NCBI GenBank assembly: GCA_905182745.1
Contig: CAJJCR010000005.1
Coordinates: forward strand, 48,764 to 112,763
Direction of reading: 5' to 3'
DNA length: 64,000 nucleotides
Source: Bacteroidetes bacterium MED-G20
Lineage (GTDB): Bacteria > Bacteroidota > Bacteroidia > Flavobacteriales_D > Parvicellaceae
Positions 51,996 through 64,000 of the stretch are shown here, piece after piece (positions within the stretch are counted from its first letter, which is position 1; each line of letters begins with the position of its first letter). The notes under the pieces were generated by a model, which was given only the letters and a program-made list of their open reading frames with translations, was not told the origin of the DNA and searched no databases. Position numbers and translations under genes: made by a program.

Positions 51996-53197
51996 ATGTT
52001 ATTATTTGATTTCCATTTCTAAAAAAAAAATTGAAAAGAATCCTTTATCTTTCCTATGACGGCATGACTGATCCTTTAGGTCAATCTCAGGTCTTGCCTT
52101 ACATAATTAATTTAAGTAAAGAAAATTATACTTTTCATTTAGTTAGTTTTGAAAAGCCAGAAAGATTTAACAAAAATAAATCTTTAATTAAAAAAATATG
52201 TTATGAAAATAATATAGAATGGCACCCTTTAAATTATACAAAAAACCCACCTGTATTGTCAACATTATGGGATTTGGCTAAACTAAATCAAAAAGTAAAG
52301 AAACTTGGTCGAAAAACTGCTTTTGATATGATTCATTGCAGAAGTTACATCCCCGCTATTTTTGGATTAAAATTTAAACGAAAGTGGAATGCAAAGTTGC
52401 TTTTTGACATGAGAGGGTTTTGGGCTGATGAAAGAGTTGATGGTATTTTGTGGAATAAAAATAAATTCCCATTTAATAAAATTTACAACTATTTTAAAAG
52501 AAAAGAAAAAGAACTTTTAATACATTCGGATCATACGATTTCATTAACTCATAATGGTAAAAACGAACTTTTATTGAATCCAGACAAAGATGATTACGCT
52601 CCTATTTCTGTGATTCCCTGTTGTGCAGATTTAAATTTATTTAAGCCTGTTAAGCGTGACTCAAATAGTTTTGTAATTGGTTATTTAGGTTCTTTAGGGA
52701 CATGGTATTTGGTTAAAAGAAATGTTAGTTTTTTTTAAAAAGATAAATGAAAAAATACCCGATTCTAAATTTCATTTTTTGACTAAAGATAATCCAGACA
52801 TTATTTTCGATCATTGTGATAAATTAGGTATTGACAGCGAGAACATTCATATTGAAGAAAGTGACAGAGAAGATATACCCTTTAAAACCCGAAATTGGAA
52901 TTTCTCATTATGTTTTATCAAGCCATCTTTCAGTAAAATATTCTCTTCGCCTACTAAACAAGGTGAGCTAATGGGAATGGGAATACCAATAATATGCAAT
53001 AGTGGAGTTGGTGATGTTGATTTTATTGTAGAAAAGTATTAATGACTCTGGTTTTAAAAGATCTAAAAAAAGTTAATTTTGCTATTATTTTAAATTCAAA
53101 TTTTAAAAAACAAAAATTAAATGAAGAGGCTAACCAATATTTTTCGCTTGAAAAAGGAGTTATGTCTTATCTTAAGATTTATCAGAAAATATGTTAA
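51996..53197 (+). CDS. Glycosyltransferase family 4 (several indels)
   Basis: YDGMTDPLGQSQVLPY, HCRSY, FDMRGFW and SPTKQGE motifs; start is either ATG 51996 (with indel) or TTG 52031. Confidence 0.85.
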
Positions 53198-53231
53198 GTT
53201 TAAATTTAATGAATCTAATTATATCAGTCTT

Positions 53232-54315
53232 TTGAAAAAAATTTTATTTCTTGGAAATGAATACTAGGCCCTGGTCAAAGATATAGGTTTGAGCAATTTT
53301 TTGATTTTTTAGAAACTAATGGTATTCAGTTTTACTTGGCTAATATTATTAATGAAAATGATGAGAAATATTTATATCATTCTAAAAATATTTTAAAAAA
53401 ATTAAAAATTGGTATTAAATCATTTATTAGAAGATGGAAACATTTAAAAGATATTGAAAGTTTTGATTTAGTTGTTATTTACAGAGAATCTGAATTCCAA
53501 CAAAATCTACTTTTTTTGAGAATTATATTTCAAAAAAAAATATACCAATGGTCTTTGATTTTGACGATGCAATTTGGATAAAGGATGTATCACATGTAAA
53601 TAAAAGAATCTCCTTTTTAAAAGATGAAAAAAAGATTGAAAAAATTATTCCGTTATGCAAGCATATAACTTGTGGTAATGAATATTTGGCAAATTATGCT
53701 TCAAAATTCAATTCAAATATTACCATTATTCCATCTACTGTTGATACAGATATTTATAAGCCTATTGAAAAACTAAACAAAAATGGCCAAGTAAAAATAG
53801 GGTGGGTTGGTAGTCACACCACTGTCAAACATTTTGAAATGATTACCGATGTTTATTTGAAATTAAAATCCAAATACCAATCTAAAATAGATTTTGTACT
53901 AATTGGTGATGAAAATTACACCCATGAAAAACTTGGAATAAAATTGCCTTAAATGGGAAAATAAAATGGAAGTTGAGTTATTTAATTCCTTTGATATAGG
54001 AATAATGCCTCTTCCTAATAATGAATGGGCAAAAGGCAAATGTGGAATGAAAGGGTTACTTTATATGTCTGTAGGAATACCATCTGTAATGTCAAATGTT
54101 GGAATGAATAAAGATATTATTGAACATGGTGTAAATGGTTTTTTACCAGTCGGATGATGAAGCAGTGGATTGAAGTATCTGTCAAAACTCATTGAAGACA
54201 AAGAATTAAGAAATAAAATAGGGGATAAGTGGACGTGATACTGTTACTAGAAAAGTATTCTAAAAACGTAATTAAAAACACTTATTTAGATTTGTATGCT
54301 TACAGCATGGAATAA
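53232..54315 (+). CDS. Glycosyltransferase family 4 (several indels)
   Basis: [23 protein letters not shown] and DIGIMPL.....GKCGMK...YM motifs. Confidence 0.85.
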
Positions 54316-54319
54316 ATTA

Positions 54320-55407
54320 ATGAAAAAAACAGCACTATTTAAAAAGCATATTGATCTAGGAGCAAAAATGGTTCCTTTTGCAGGGTATGAGATGCCAGTT
54401 CAATATTCTGGTGTCAATTCGGAACATATAAATGTTAGAGAAAATGTTGGTGTATTTGATGTTTCTCACATGGGTGAGTTTTTGGTTAAAGGAGTAAACG
54501 CACTAAAATTAATTCAGAAAATATCTAGTAACGATGCCTCTGTATTGTTTCCTGGAAGAGCTCAATATGCCTATTTTCCAAATAATAACGGAGGAATAGT
54601 GGATGACATGATTACTTATATGATAGATGAAAATCATTATATGTTGGTAGTTAATGCCTCAAATATTGAAAAAGATTGGGAATGGATAAACCGGCAGAAT
54701 AATTGTAATGCTCAATTAGAAAATATTTCTGATAAAACTTCCTTAATTGCTGTTCAAGGACCTAAAGCCACAGAGTTATTACAAGAATTTACAGACTTAA
54801 ATCTATCTGAAATAAAATTTTACCATTTTATGAATGGTAATTTTTCTGTTTTCAAAGATGTTATTTTCTCTGCAACTGGTTATACAGGTTCTGGCGGTTT
54901 TGAGCTGTATGTTCCTAACGAAATTGCAGAAGATATTTGGGATTTAATTTTTAATTCAAATAGTAAATTTGGAGTTCTTCCTGCTGGTTTGGCCTCAAGA
55001 GATACATTAAGACTGGAAATGGGATATTGTTTGTATGGAAATGACATTAACGACAATACTTCACCTATTTCCGCTGGACTTGGATGGGTAACTAAATTTT
55101 CCAAATCATTTATAAGTGATGATTTAATTAAAAAAGACAGAGAATAACCAATAAATATAAACTAGTTGCTTTTGAGTTGTTAGAAAGAGGAATTCCAAGA
55201 AAAGACTATGAAATTCAGGATGTAAATGGAGTTCAGATTGGTCATGTCACGTCTGGAACAATGGGTCCTTCAGTTGGAAAAGCAATTGGAATGGGCTACG
55301 TAAAATCTAATTATTCAGAATTGGGAAATAAAATATTTTTAAAAATTAGAAATAAACCTATTTCAGCACAATTAGTTAAGTTACCTTTTTATAAAAAAAA
55401 TGATTAG
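54320..55407 (+). CDS. gcvT: Glycine cleavage system aminomethyltransferase T (indel near 55145)
   Basis: FAGYEMPVQY, FDVSHMGEF, TGYTGSGGFE, RDTLRLEMG and VTSGT motifs. Confidence 0.96.
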
Positions 55408-56122
55408 TAAGCCTAAAGTAGAAGTTTGCTTCACTCCAAATCTTTTCCCCCTTTATGCTGAGGATTTTGAAGTAGTAGTTGTAATCGATGTTCTTAGAGC
55501 AACTTCTGCTATATGTACTGCTTTTCATTATGGTGTAGAAAAAATAATCCCTGTTAGTACTCTACAAGAAGCCAAAGAATATAAAAATAAAGGTTTCCAT
55601 GTTGCTGCAGAAAGAAAAGGTAAAATTGTTGATGGTTTCGATTATGGAAATTCTCCATTAAGTTATAGAAATGATAAGTTAAAGGGAGAAACATTAGTTT
55701 TTACTACTACTAATGGAACCAAAGCAATAAATATTGCAAAGGATATAGAACACTTATTAATAGGTTCATTATTGAACTTAAATGCCATCTGTAAATACCT
55801 TATAAATCTTAATAAAAGTGTATTAATACTTGGTTCAGGCTGGCAGAATAAATTTTGTTTAGAAGATACTATATGTGCAGGAGCAATTAGTGAAAACTTA
55901 CTTAAGACAAACAATTTTGAAAGTTTTAATGATTCAACTATTGCTGCTAAGTATCTTTACTTATCTGCTAGAACTAATTTTTTTGGATATCTAAAGGCAT
56001 CTTCTCATAGAAAACGACTAAAAAAGTTAAATCTAAATGAAGATATTAAATACTGTTTGACTGCCAATCAAACGGATGTTATCCCCTACAGAGAAGACTA
56101 TTATTTAAAAAAGCTTTCCTGA
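55400..56122 (+). CDS. comB: 2-phosphosulfolactate phosphatase family protein
   Basis: VIDVLRATS, AER, GNSP, TTNGT and LED..CAG motifs. Confidence 0.9.
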   Translation: MISKPKVEVCFTPNLFPLYAEDFEVVVVIDVLRATSAICTAFHYGVEKIIPVSTLQEAKEYKNKGFHVAAERKGKIVDGFDYGNSPLSYRNDKLKGETLVFTTTNGTKAINIAKDIEHLLIGSLLNLNAICKYLINLNKSVLILGSGWQNKFCLEDTICAGAISENLLKTNNFESFNDSTIAAKYLYLSARTNFFGYLKASSHRKRLKKLNLNEDIKYCLTANQTDVIPYREDYYLKKLS

Positions 56123-56127
56123 AATAA

Positions 56128-56880
56128 ATGAAGATCATTCTCTCTCCAACTAAAACCATGATGAATTCACAATTTAAAATTGAAGATTCACCTAGCTCTA
56201 TGCCTTTTTTTCAAAAAGAGTCAAAAAATATTCATCAATTATTAAAAGGTTTTCCAAAGCAGAAGATTAAAAGCTTAATGAAATTAAGTGAAAATCTAAA
56301 TATCCAAACTATCAAAGATATTCAACTTTGGGATTCTGTAAAGTCCTATAAAACACATGCTGTATATGCATACCAAGGTACCTCTTTTAAATACTTAGAA
56401 CCTCAAAAATGGAAATTATCAGATGCTGACTATGCTCAAAATCATTTGTTAATTTTAAGCGGCCTTTATGGAGTTCTTCGTCCCTTTGACTTGATAAATA
56501 AATATAGATTAGAAATGGGTATAAAATTCCAATTGGAGTCAAGTAAAAGCTTAACCCAGTTTTGGAAAGATAAAATGACTACCTACTTTAATTCTTTCAA
56601 AGAAAATAATTTCATAATAAATTTAGCAAGTAAAGAGTATTCCAATGTCTTGGAAACGTCAAGTCTTAACAGCACTATTATAGATTGTATTTTTCACGAA
56701 AAATCTAACAATTCATTGAAGGTGGTAGGAAGCTATTCAAAAGCGGCAAGAGGAAGTATGGCAAACTTTATTGTAAAAAATAAATAGAAAGTATTGAATG
56801 ATTATAAAGATTTAGCTGAAATGGGATATAATTTCTTATCAAATGAATCTAGCAATACTAAGTTAGTATTTGTTAGGTAA
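56128..56880 (+). CDS. yaaA: Peroxide stress protein YaaA (indel near 56785)
   Basis: LSPTK, ILSGLYGVLRP.D...YRLEMG, NLASKEY and KAARG motifs. Confidence 0.9.
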
Positions 56881-56882
56881 AA

Positions 56883-57851
56883 TTATTTTTTAAAATTTGC
56901 AAAGTCCTTTGCAAAATATGTCAAAATTATATCGGCACCAGCTCTTTTAATACTTGTAAGAACTTCGGTAAATGTATCTTCATAATTCAACCACCTTTTT
57001 TCTGCAGCTGCATGTACCATGGCATATTCACCACTTACATTATAAGCACTGACAGGAAGGTTAGAATTTTTTTTAATTGTTTGAATTTCATCGAAGTAGC
57101 TTAAAGCTGGTTTGACCATTAAAATATCTGCTCCCTCAAGTTCATCTAATTCAGCTTCAATAAGACTTTCACTTTTATTTCTTGGATCCATCTGATAGGT
57201 TTTCTTATCTCCTTGTTTAGGTGCTGAATCTAACGCATCTCTAAATGGACCATAAAATGCACTTGCATATTTGGCAGTATAACTCATTATACTTGTACTT
57301 GTAAATTGATTTTCATCTAATATTTCTCTAATAGCACCAACTCTACCGTCCATCATATCAGAAGGGCCAATTATATCAATTCCAGCTTCTGCTTGAGCAA
57401 GAGCCATTTTGCAAAGTATTTCAAGAGATTGGTCGTTATCAATACTACCATCTATTACTAACCCATCGTGTCCATCTGTAGAATAAGGATCCATAGCAAC
57501 ATCGCTCATTATAGTGAATTCTGGAAATTTACTTTTAATAGTTTGAATGGCTTTCAAGTAAAAATTCTTGGAACTGTAACTGTAAGTAGCTTTTTTGTCT
57601 TTGTGATGATTCTCCACAGCAGGAAATAGTACAAAATTATTGATACCTAGTTTCCCACAAACTTCAATTTCTTTAAGCAATAAATCTATTGTCCATCGAA
57701 AACAATTTGGCATAGATTTAATAGGTAACTTTTTATTTACTCCATCTACAATAAAAAGAGGATAAATTAAGTCCTGTTTATTAAGATTGGTCTCAGCAAC
57801 CATTTCTCTAATATTTGCTGATTTTCTGTTCCTTCTTGGTCTTTGATTCAT
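56883..57851 (-). CDS. hemB: Porphobilinogen synthase, Asp-rich (non-zinc) type
   Basis: RPRRNR, DVAMDPYSTDGHDG, PSDMMDGR, MVKPA and AYNVSGEY motifs. Confidence 0.97.
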   Translation of the reverse strand: MNQRPRRNRKSANIREMVAETNLNKQDLIYPLFIVDGVNKKLPIKSMPNCFRWTIDLLLKEIEVCGKLGINNFVLFPAVENHHKDKKATYSYSSKNFYLKAIQTIKSKFPEFTIMSDVAMDPYSTDGHDGLVIDGSIDNDQSLEILCKMALAQAEAGIDIIGPSDMMDGRVGAIREILDENQFTSTSIMSYTAKYASAFYGPFRDALDSAPKQGDKKTYQMDPRNKSESLIEAELDELEGADILMVKPALSYFDEIQTIKKNSNLPVSAYNVSGEYAMVHAAAEKRWLNYEDTFTEVLTSIKRAGADIILTYFAKDFANFKK

Positions 57852-58956
57852 TTACTTTAAGTAGTTAAAAGTCTGATCTTTTTTAAGGGAAATTAAGGTT
57901 TGATAAATTAATTCTATAACCGAGTTAACATCGTCCTTGTCGAACACATTTCTACTGTTGTATGCATGTATCTTAGAGGCAAGTGATATTAGAGCAGAAG
58001 CAACACCCATATTTGAGTAAGCAAATGCATCGGTGTCTGTTCCTGTAACTCCTCGAGGCTGCTAGTCTTTGAAAGTCAATTTTATTTTTTTTGGCTTGGT
58101 CAATTATAAATTTTAATAGGTTATTTTGAACTGCTGGTCCATAAGTCAGAACAGGTCCTTTTCCGGATGATAAATCTCCTTCCACTACCTTTTTAATCAT
58201 TGGCGTATTGGTGTCGTGACAAACATCTGTAACTATTGCTACATCTGGTTTAATTCTTTCTGCAATCATTTGGGCTCCTCTTAGACCAATTTCTTCTTGT
58301 ACAGCATTGGTAATGTAAAGTCCAAATGGAAGTTTTACTTTGTTTTCATGCAATAGCCTAGCAACTTCAGCAATCATAAATCCACCCATTCTGTTATCAA
58401 GAGCTCTTCCAACATAATTAGATTTATTTAATACCATAAATTCATCTTCATAGGTTACAACACACCAACATGAGCACCTCCGAGGGCTTCTACTTCTTTT
58501 TTGTTTCCACAACCACAGTCTAAAAATATATTATCTGTTTTAGGAGATTCTTCTTTTACTCCACCACGTCTAGTATGGATTGCAGGCCATCCAAAGACAG
58601 CTTTAACCATTCCTTTATCTGTATGAATATTTACACGTTTTGATGGTGCAATTTGGTGATCACTTCCTCCATTTCTTTTTAAATAGATAAATCCTTTTTC
58701 TGTGATATAGTGAACAAACCAAGAAATTTCATCTGCATGAGCTTCTATAACTACTTTATATTTAGCCTCTGGAGTTTATTACTCCAACTACCGATCCATA
58801 GGTATCTACAATGTGAGAATCTATGTAAGGTTTAATGTACTCAAGCCAAACTTTCTGTCCTGCACTTTCAAAACCAGTAGGGGAAGCTGTATTTAGGTAT
58901 TTTTCTAGAAATTTCTCTGAATTTTTAGAAATATGGTTAATTTTCTTTTTTGCCAT
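57852..58956 (-). CDS. M42 family aminopeptidase (several indels)
   Basis: SPTGFE, EAHADEI, ALDNRMG, QEEIGLRGA, DV and YMHT motifs. Confidence 0.9.
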
Positions 58957-59720
58957 TTATATTAAAATAGTTTTTTCTTTTTCTTTTCAAATAATAAAAA
59001 ATTCACTCCAAAGTCAAAGTCCTGAGATAAATTTTTGAAATCACCAATTGCAGCTCCAGTTATTAATTTTTGGCCCTGTTCAATCAAAAAATCAAAACCA
59101 ATTGATATTTTATCAGTTAGATGTATCATTCCAGCTCCATAGTGAATCCCCAATCAATTTTATCTATCCTTCAGTTGCCATCTCATATTAGGAACATTAA
59201 TGCTGCATTAACTTTGATCTATTTTTTATAAAAACGAAATATGGTCCGAAAATTATATCAAATTTAATTTTTTCCAAATCCTAATGAAAAAATGCAGGAA
59301 ATCAAAGTAATTTAAATTGTTTAGTTATGACCTGTTAGTATGGTAAGTATTGTCATTTCAGTTCAATATTGCGTGTCAAATTAGATACCTCAAAACCTTT
59401 GCTGCAATAGTCAAAATCACCTTTAATACATAAGAAATCTATTAAAATTATATACTATAGTTCCACCATATAAATTACCTAATTTGCTTGCGTTATCAAA
59501 ATTTACTCCATTCACTGATTTGAAATCTCTTAAATTAGCAATGTTAAGACCACCGTTTAGTCCAACTTGTAATCTGTGAACCTTATTCTTTCTTATCTTT
59601 TTTGTCATTGTCATCTTTTAATAATTTTATTTCACTTATAATTTTATTGTAATCGGTATAATTATCTTGACAAAAACCCATAATTGGAAGTAATGTTAAG
59701 AGGTAAATAATTTTTTTCAT
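58957..59720 (-). CDS. Outer-membrane beta-barrel/porin-family protein (many indels)
   Basis: Fragments MKKIIYL..., LQVGLNGGLNIAN and YGAG...ISIGFDF; no continuous frame can be recovered. Confidence 0.55.
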
Positions 59721-59905
59721 GATGGTTGTTTTTTTGTAATAATTTTAGATTGACTATTTATCAACTTTTATAAAAATAACAAATATTAGTGCTAATTAAA
59801 AGAAAGTTGAATAATAACATTTTAAAATATTAAATATTCTTTTATAATTATCAATTTAAATTGTAAACATTCTTCATAATCTTTCTTGATTTTGTAATTT
59901 TGATT

Positions 59906-60637
59906 ATGCAAAAAATAGTTAAACCATACGATAACTCCTTCTTATCAAAAAAACAACAAGTTGAAAAGATGTTTGACAACATTTCAAGTAATTATGATTT
60001 TTTGAATCATTTCTTGAGTTTTGGGATTGATCATATTTGGAGAAGAAAAACTATTCGTTTAATGCAATCTAAAAATCCTAAAGTTATTTTAGATGTTGCA
60101 ACTGGTACAGGAGATTTAGCTTTTGCAGCTTATAAAAAATTAAATCCAGATAAAATTATTGGATTAGACCTTTCTAACGGAATGTTGGAAGTTGGTAGAA
60201 ATAAGATAAAGAAAAAAAAATTAGAAGATAAATTAGAGTTTGTTCAAGGGCGATTCCGAAAACTTACCTTTTAAAGACAATTTTTTTGACTCTGTAATGG
60301 TCAGTTTTGGGGTTAGAAATTTTGAAAATTTAAATATGGGTTTAAAAGAAATTTTTAGAGTTTTAAAACCAGTGGAAGTGTCTATATATTAGAGTTTTCC
60401 AAACCAAAAAATTTCCAATAAACAATGTTTGGTTCTGATTCCAAAGCTGATTTTACCTCTTTTAGGAAGTTTTATTTCCAAAGATAAGTCTGCCTATCAT
60501 TACCTTCCAGCTTCTGTGGATGCTTTTCCAGAAGGAAAGAATTTTACCAATGAATTAGATCATGTAGGTTTTTCTAATTCTCACTTAAAACTTTGTCTGG
60601 AGGAATTTCTTCAATATATATGGCTGAAAAACCTTAG
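59906..60637 (+). CDS. ubiE: Demethylmenaquinone methyltransferase UbiE/MenG (several indels)
   Basis: VEKMFDNI...[30 protein letters not shown] and AYHYLPASV motifs. Confidence 0.93.
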
Positions 60638-60669
60638 TTCAAAAGCTCTTTTATTATATTTGCTTATAA

Positions 60670-61394
60670 ATGAAAAGTATCATTTTATTTCTTCTATTTC
60701 AATCTTGTATTTTCTTTGCTTTAGTCAAACTACAAATCTTAGGAATTTTGATGATAAACCATTTCATTTTGGTTTTGCACTTGGTTTTAATCAGCCAGGT
60801 TTTTATTTGGAAAAAAAGTCAAGTCATATTTTTACTTGATGACTCATTACAGTCATTGCTGGTTAACTCTAAAGGTGGTTTCACTCTAGGTGTAATTACA
60901 TCTTTAAACATTAACCAAAATTTTAAAATAAGATTTGTTTTACCTTCTCTTTCATTTCAAGAAAGTGAAATGGAATACACCTACTTAAATCCCTCAAATT
61001 TTGAGCAAACTATTTATGTGAAGTCACTAAGACCAGTATATCTAGACTTTCCAGTTCTTTTTAAATTCAGAACAAATAGAATAAATAATTTTGCAGTTTA
61101 TGGGATTTCAGGTCTTAGATATGGAATTGATATGTCCTCAAAATTGGTGTAGATAATGGAGGTGAAGCAGAAGAAGAACAAATTATTATACTAAAAAAGT
61201 ACGATTTTGGATCTGAAATTGGTGGTGGAGTGGATTTATTCTTAGAATATTTTAAATTGGGTATTGAATTAAAATTAGGTAGTGGAATGAGAAATATACA
61301 TTACACTAAAGCTGGTGAAGAAACAAAATTTGACAACGCTATAGAGTCGTTAAAATCTAGAGTGTGGACACTTTCATTTACTTTTGAGGGTTAA
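60670..61394 (+). CDS. porT: T9SS/gliding protein PorT/SprT (indels)
   Basis: [14 protein letters not shown] and C-terminal SFTFEG*; sits in the ubiE-porT-trmH-tamL arrangement. Confidence 0.85.
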
Positions 61395-62113
61395 TTTTTT
61401 TCCCATCTCGTTCAATATTATGCCTGTTGCAACACTTACATTTAAAGATTCTGCTTTTCCATAACCTGGAATTCTAATAGTATTATTTAGATTATCCTTA
61501 ATATTTCTTTAGAAATCCCGTTAGATTCATTTCCAATTACAATTATAGATTTATCCTTGAGCATTACAGAACCAATATTTTCACCATCCAAAGTTGTTCC
61601 ATAAGTAACATGTCCTGGAAAAAATTTTTGAAAATCGGTAAAGTCAATGTAATGACAATTAATTCTAAAAATAGAACCCATACTAGCCATCACTGTCTTA
61701 TTGTTAAAACAATCTACAGTATTTTCTGAGCAAAATACTTGTTTATAACCAAACCAGTCAAGAGTTCTTATAATAGTTCCTAAATTTCCAGGGTCATTAA
61801 CGTTGTCTAGGAAAATTAATGGCTTTTTGTCCTTAATATTAATTTTGAAAATTGGTATTTTACATATTGCAACTACATTACTTGGGCTTTTCAAATGACT
61901 TATTCTTTCAATTTCTTTTTTTGAACATAAGGTAGATAAGGGAAATTCGTTTTGAAGATTTTTAGTTGCAAAAATAGACTCGTATTCAAAATCATTTTTT
62001 ATAAGTTCTTTACAAATTTTCTCACCTTCAACTACGAATAATTGATGTTCCAGTCTTTTTATTTTCCGATTAAGAGAACTATATTTTTTTAAATCGTTAT
62101 TGCTGATGGTCAT
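61391..62113 (-). CDS. TrmH/SpoU family RNA methyltransferase (indel near 61490)
   Basis: DPGNLGTIIRT, IGNESNGIS and, in the shifted frame, AESLNVSVA. Confidence 0.92.
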
Positions 62114-62130
62114 ATTGTTACTTTTGTAAT

Positions 62131-64000
62131 GTGAACACTAAGATGAATATAGTAAGAATTACGAAATATAAATTTCTTGAAAATTTTATTTTCTGCTATT
62201 TGTTTATATTTATTTTTAGCTCATGCACTATTACAAAGCATGTTCCAGAAGATAAATATTTACTTAGAAAAGTAAAAATTGATATTTTAAATAGTAACAA
62301 TTCCAATACTATTTCTAAAGAAGAACTCTACAATCTTTTGTTGCAAAAACCCAATCGAAAAGTTTTTTTAAATTATCGCTTTTACTTAAGACTTTACAAT
62401 TTATCTAATCAAGAAAGAATAGACCAAAAAATTGTTAAGAAACAACTTAAAATCGACAATGTAAATCTTAAGATTAAGAAACAGAATAGCAACTCTTTGA
62501 TTTTGGATAGTAATTATGTTCAAAAGCCATTGAAAGCACGAAAATTAGTATTTGGTGAAATACTTCAAAACGCAGGAGAGGCCCCTGTGATTTATAGCGC
62601 TTTAAAGTTAAATAGAACTAAGGAACAATTGAAAAAACATCTTTTTAATAAAGGCTATTTTAAAAGCGAAATTACAGATTCAACATCTGTTTTACCTAAT
62701 GGTCAAATAGATATTCAATATTTTATCAAATTAAGAAACCCAATGTATTTAAATTCCATTAAATACTACTGTCCAGAAATACTCATTAAAAGTTATTTAG
62801 ACTCTATTCAAAGTAATTCATTTTTGAAAAAGAGAGCGATTTTTGACACCGATAATTTAGTAAAAGAAAGAAATAGAATAAATGATTTTCTAACAAATAA
62901 AGGTTTTTACAATTTTAATAAAGAATTTATCTATTTTGATATTGACACCAATTATATTTCAAACTCTGTAAATATTACACTGGGAATTCAGAACTACAAA
63001 AAAATTAATCAAATCAATAACAGTTTTCAAGACTTAACCCATAAGCAGTTTAAGATTTCTAAGGTAAATATTCAAATAGGAGATTCAAGCAAGTTTAACA
63101 ATATTGCTAAGTTAGACAGCATTGAAAATTCTTTTTTTAAAATCGTTAATTACCAACCAATAAATTTTAAAAGCAAAGTTTTTAAAAATTCTGTTCTTTT
63201 TAAAAAAGATGATTTTTATAAAAAAAGTGTTGCCCAGCAAACTTATAGAAGCCTAATATCTCTTGGTCTATTTAAATATGTAAATATTAGTTTTGACACA
63301 TTGCCAAACAATAAACTAATAAGTAATGTCGAACTAACCCCATCTAAATCTCAAAACCTCTCATTGTCTTTTGATGGAACTAACAACGAACGTTTATTTG
63401 GTTTCCAAGGCGGGCTTGATTATTTCCACAACAATCTTTTTCATGGGGTGGAAAAACTATTAATTTCTTTAAAAAGCAGTTTTGAAATACAACTTTTACT
63501 TACAGATAGCAAAGAAACGGGTATTTCTAACAAACCTAACACTACAGAATTTGGCCCTGAATTCCATTTTTATTTACCAAAATATCTACTAATAAATAAA
63601 ATTGGAAACTTAAGCAAGCATATTAATCCTGTAACTGAATTTACTGGAGCTTTCAATATTCAGGATAGACCGGATTATTTTAGAAGAAATCAAGAACTTT
63701 CTTTCGGATGGGTTTTCCATGAAAACAAAACAACAACATGGCATATTAATCCACTTTTAATATCAATTGTAGATATTGAAATTAATAGCGACTTTCAAAC
63801 TCAGATTGAGTCCTATAATGATCAATACATTCTTTCTAGTTTTCAAGACCATGTTGTTGCCGGAGGAGTATTTTCCTTTGAATACAACGGTCAAAACTTA
63901 AGTTATAATTCAAATTCTCTTTATTTTAAAACTACATTTGAATCTGCTGGAGGGACCTTGTTTAACTTTCATGAGTTAATTAATAAGCCTAAAAATTCCA
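62131..64000 (+). CDS. tamL: TamL-like Omp85 lipoprotein with POTRA domains, partial (runs off the window edge)
   Basis: Manual translation: ...FIFSSCTITKHVPEDKYLL..., QKPN, GEAPVIY, LFNKGYF and NNLFHG.E. It is absent from the ORF track. Confidence 0.85.
   Translation, partial: MNTKMNIVRITKYKFLENFIFCYLFIFIFSSCTITKHVPEDKYLLRKVKIDILNSNNSNTISKEELYNLLLQKPNRKVFLNYRFYLRLYNLSNQERIDQKIVKKQLKIDNVNLKIKKQNSNSLILDSNYVQKPLKARKLVFGEILQNAGEAPVIYSALKLNRTKEQLKKHLFNKGYFKSEITDSTSVLPNGQIDIQYFIKLRNPMYLNSIKYYCPEILIKSYLDSIQSNSFLKKRAIFDTDNLVKERNRINDFLTNKGFYNFNKEFIYFDIDTNYISNSVNITLGIQNYKKINQINNSFQDLTHKQFKISKVNIQIGDSSKFNNIAKLDSIENSFFKIVNYQPINFKSKVFKNSVLFKKDDFYKKSVAQQTYRSLISLGLFKYVNISFDTLPNNKLISNVELTPSKSQNLSLSFDGTNNERLFGFQGGLDYFHNNLFHGVEKLLISLKSSFEIQLLLTDSKETGISNKPNTTEFGPEFHFYLPKYLLINKIGNLSKHINPVTEFTGAFNIQDRPDYFRRNQELSFGWVFHENKTTTWHINPLLISIVDIEINSDFQTQIESYNDQYILSSFQDHVVAGGVFSFEYNGQNLSYNSNSLYFKTTFESAGGTLFNFHELINKPKNS

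Noticed and set aside
55400..56122. Coenzyme M biosynthesis implied by comB
   Set aside because: No comA or other pathway genes are present, and standalone ComB homologs are common in bacteria.
1407..59038. Short antisense or overlapping ORFs in the track (e.g. 1407..1679, 5538..5879, 18322..18757, 36271..36568, 46322..46597, 51031..51273)
   Set aside because: They are shadows of well-supported genes and show no recognisable motifs.
13818..61500. Pseudogenes or stop-codon reassignment as the cause of split genes
   Set aside because: The breaks I traced are frame changes rather than in-frame stops of one codon type, and they hit essential genes.
1..64000. CRISPR arrays, tRNA/rRNA genes, IS elements, prophage and defence systems
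   Set aside because: No spaced direct repeats, cloverleaf structures, or transposase, integrase or phage motifs were seen by eye.

Overview
AT-rich (roughly 30% GC by eye) bacterial chromosome segment from a Bacteroidota, most likely a marine Flavobacteriales-type organism. This is supported by T9SS cargo proteins, porT, TonB-dependent receptors, TAnnTTTG promoters and no obvious Shine-Dalgarno motifs. It is mostly core and housekeeping content: rpsF-rpsR-rplI, dnaX, def, lpdA, trxB, menC/menE, gcvT, hemB, ubiE-porT-trmH-tamL and five peptidases. Many genes, including essential ones, are broken by single-base indels, which points to uncorrected long-read or assembly errors rather than pseudogenes, so I report rejoined genes. 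I saw no CRISPR array, tRNA, rRNA or mobile element. Most notable observations: (1) a pterin-photolyase operon (PTPS-II, folE, SRPBCC, atypical SDR, photolyase) whose promoter carries five TAAACA/TGTTTA boxes resembling CarH/LitR operators; (2) a circularly permuted SGNH hydrolase lipoprotein with its catalytic GDS motif at the extreme C-terminus; (3) an ECF sigma/anti-sigma locus with a recurring CACYAC-N16-CGTWA promoter; (4) a TPP riboswitch with an extra stem; (5) a dnaX slippery site; (6) many probable leaderless transcripts; (7) an Acs-like segment inside menE. All family assignments come from motif recognition; no database searches were run.
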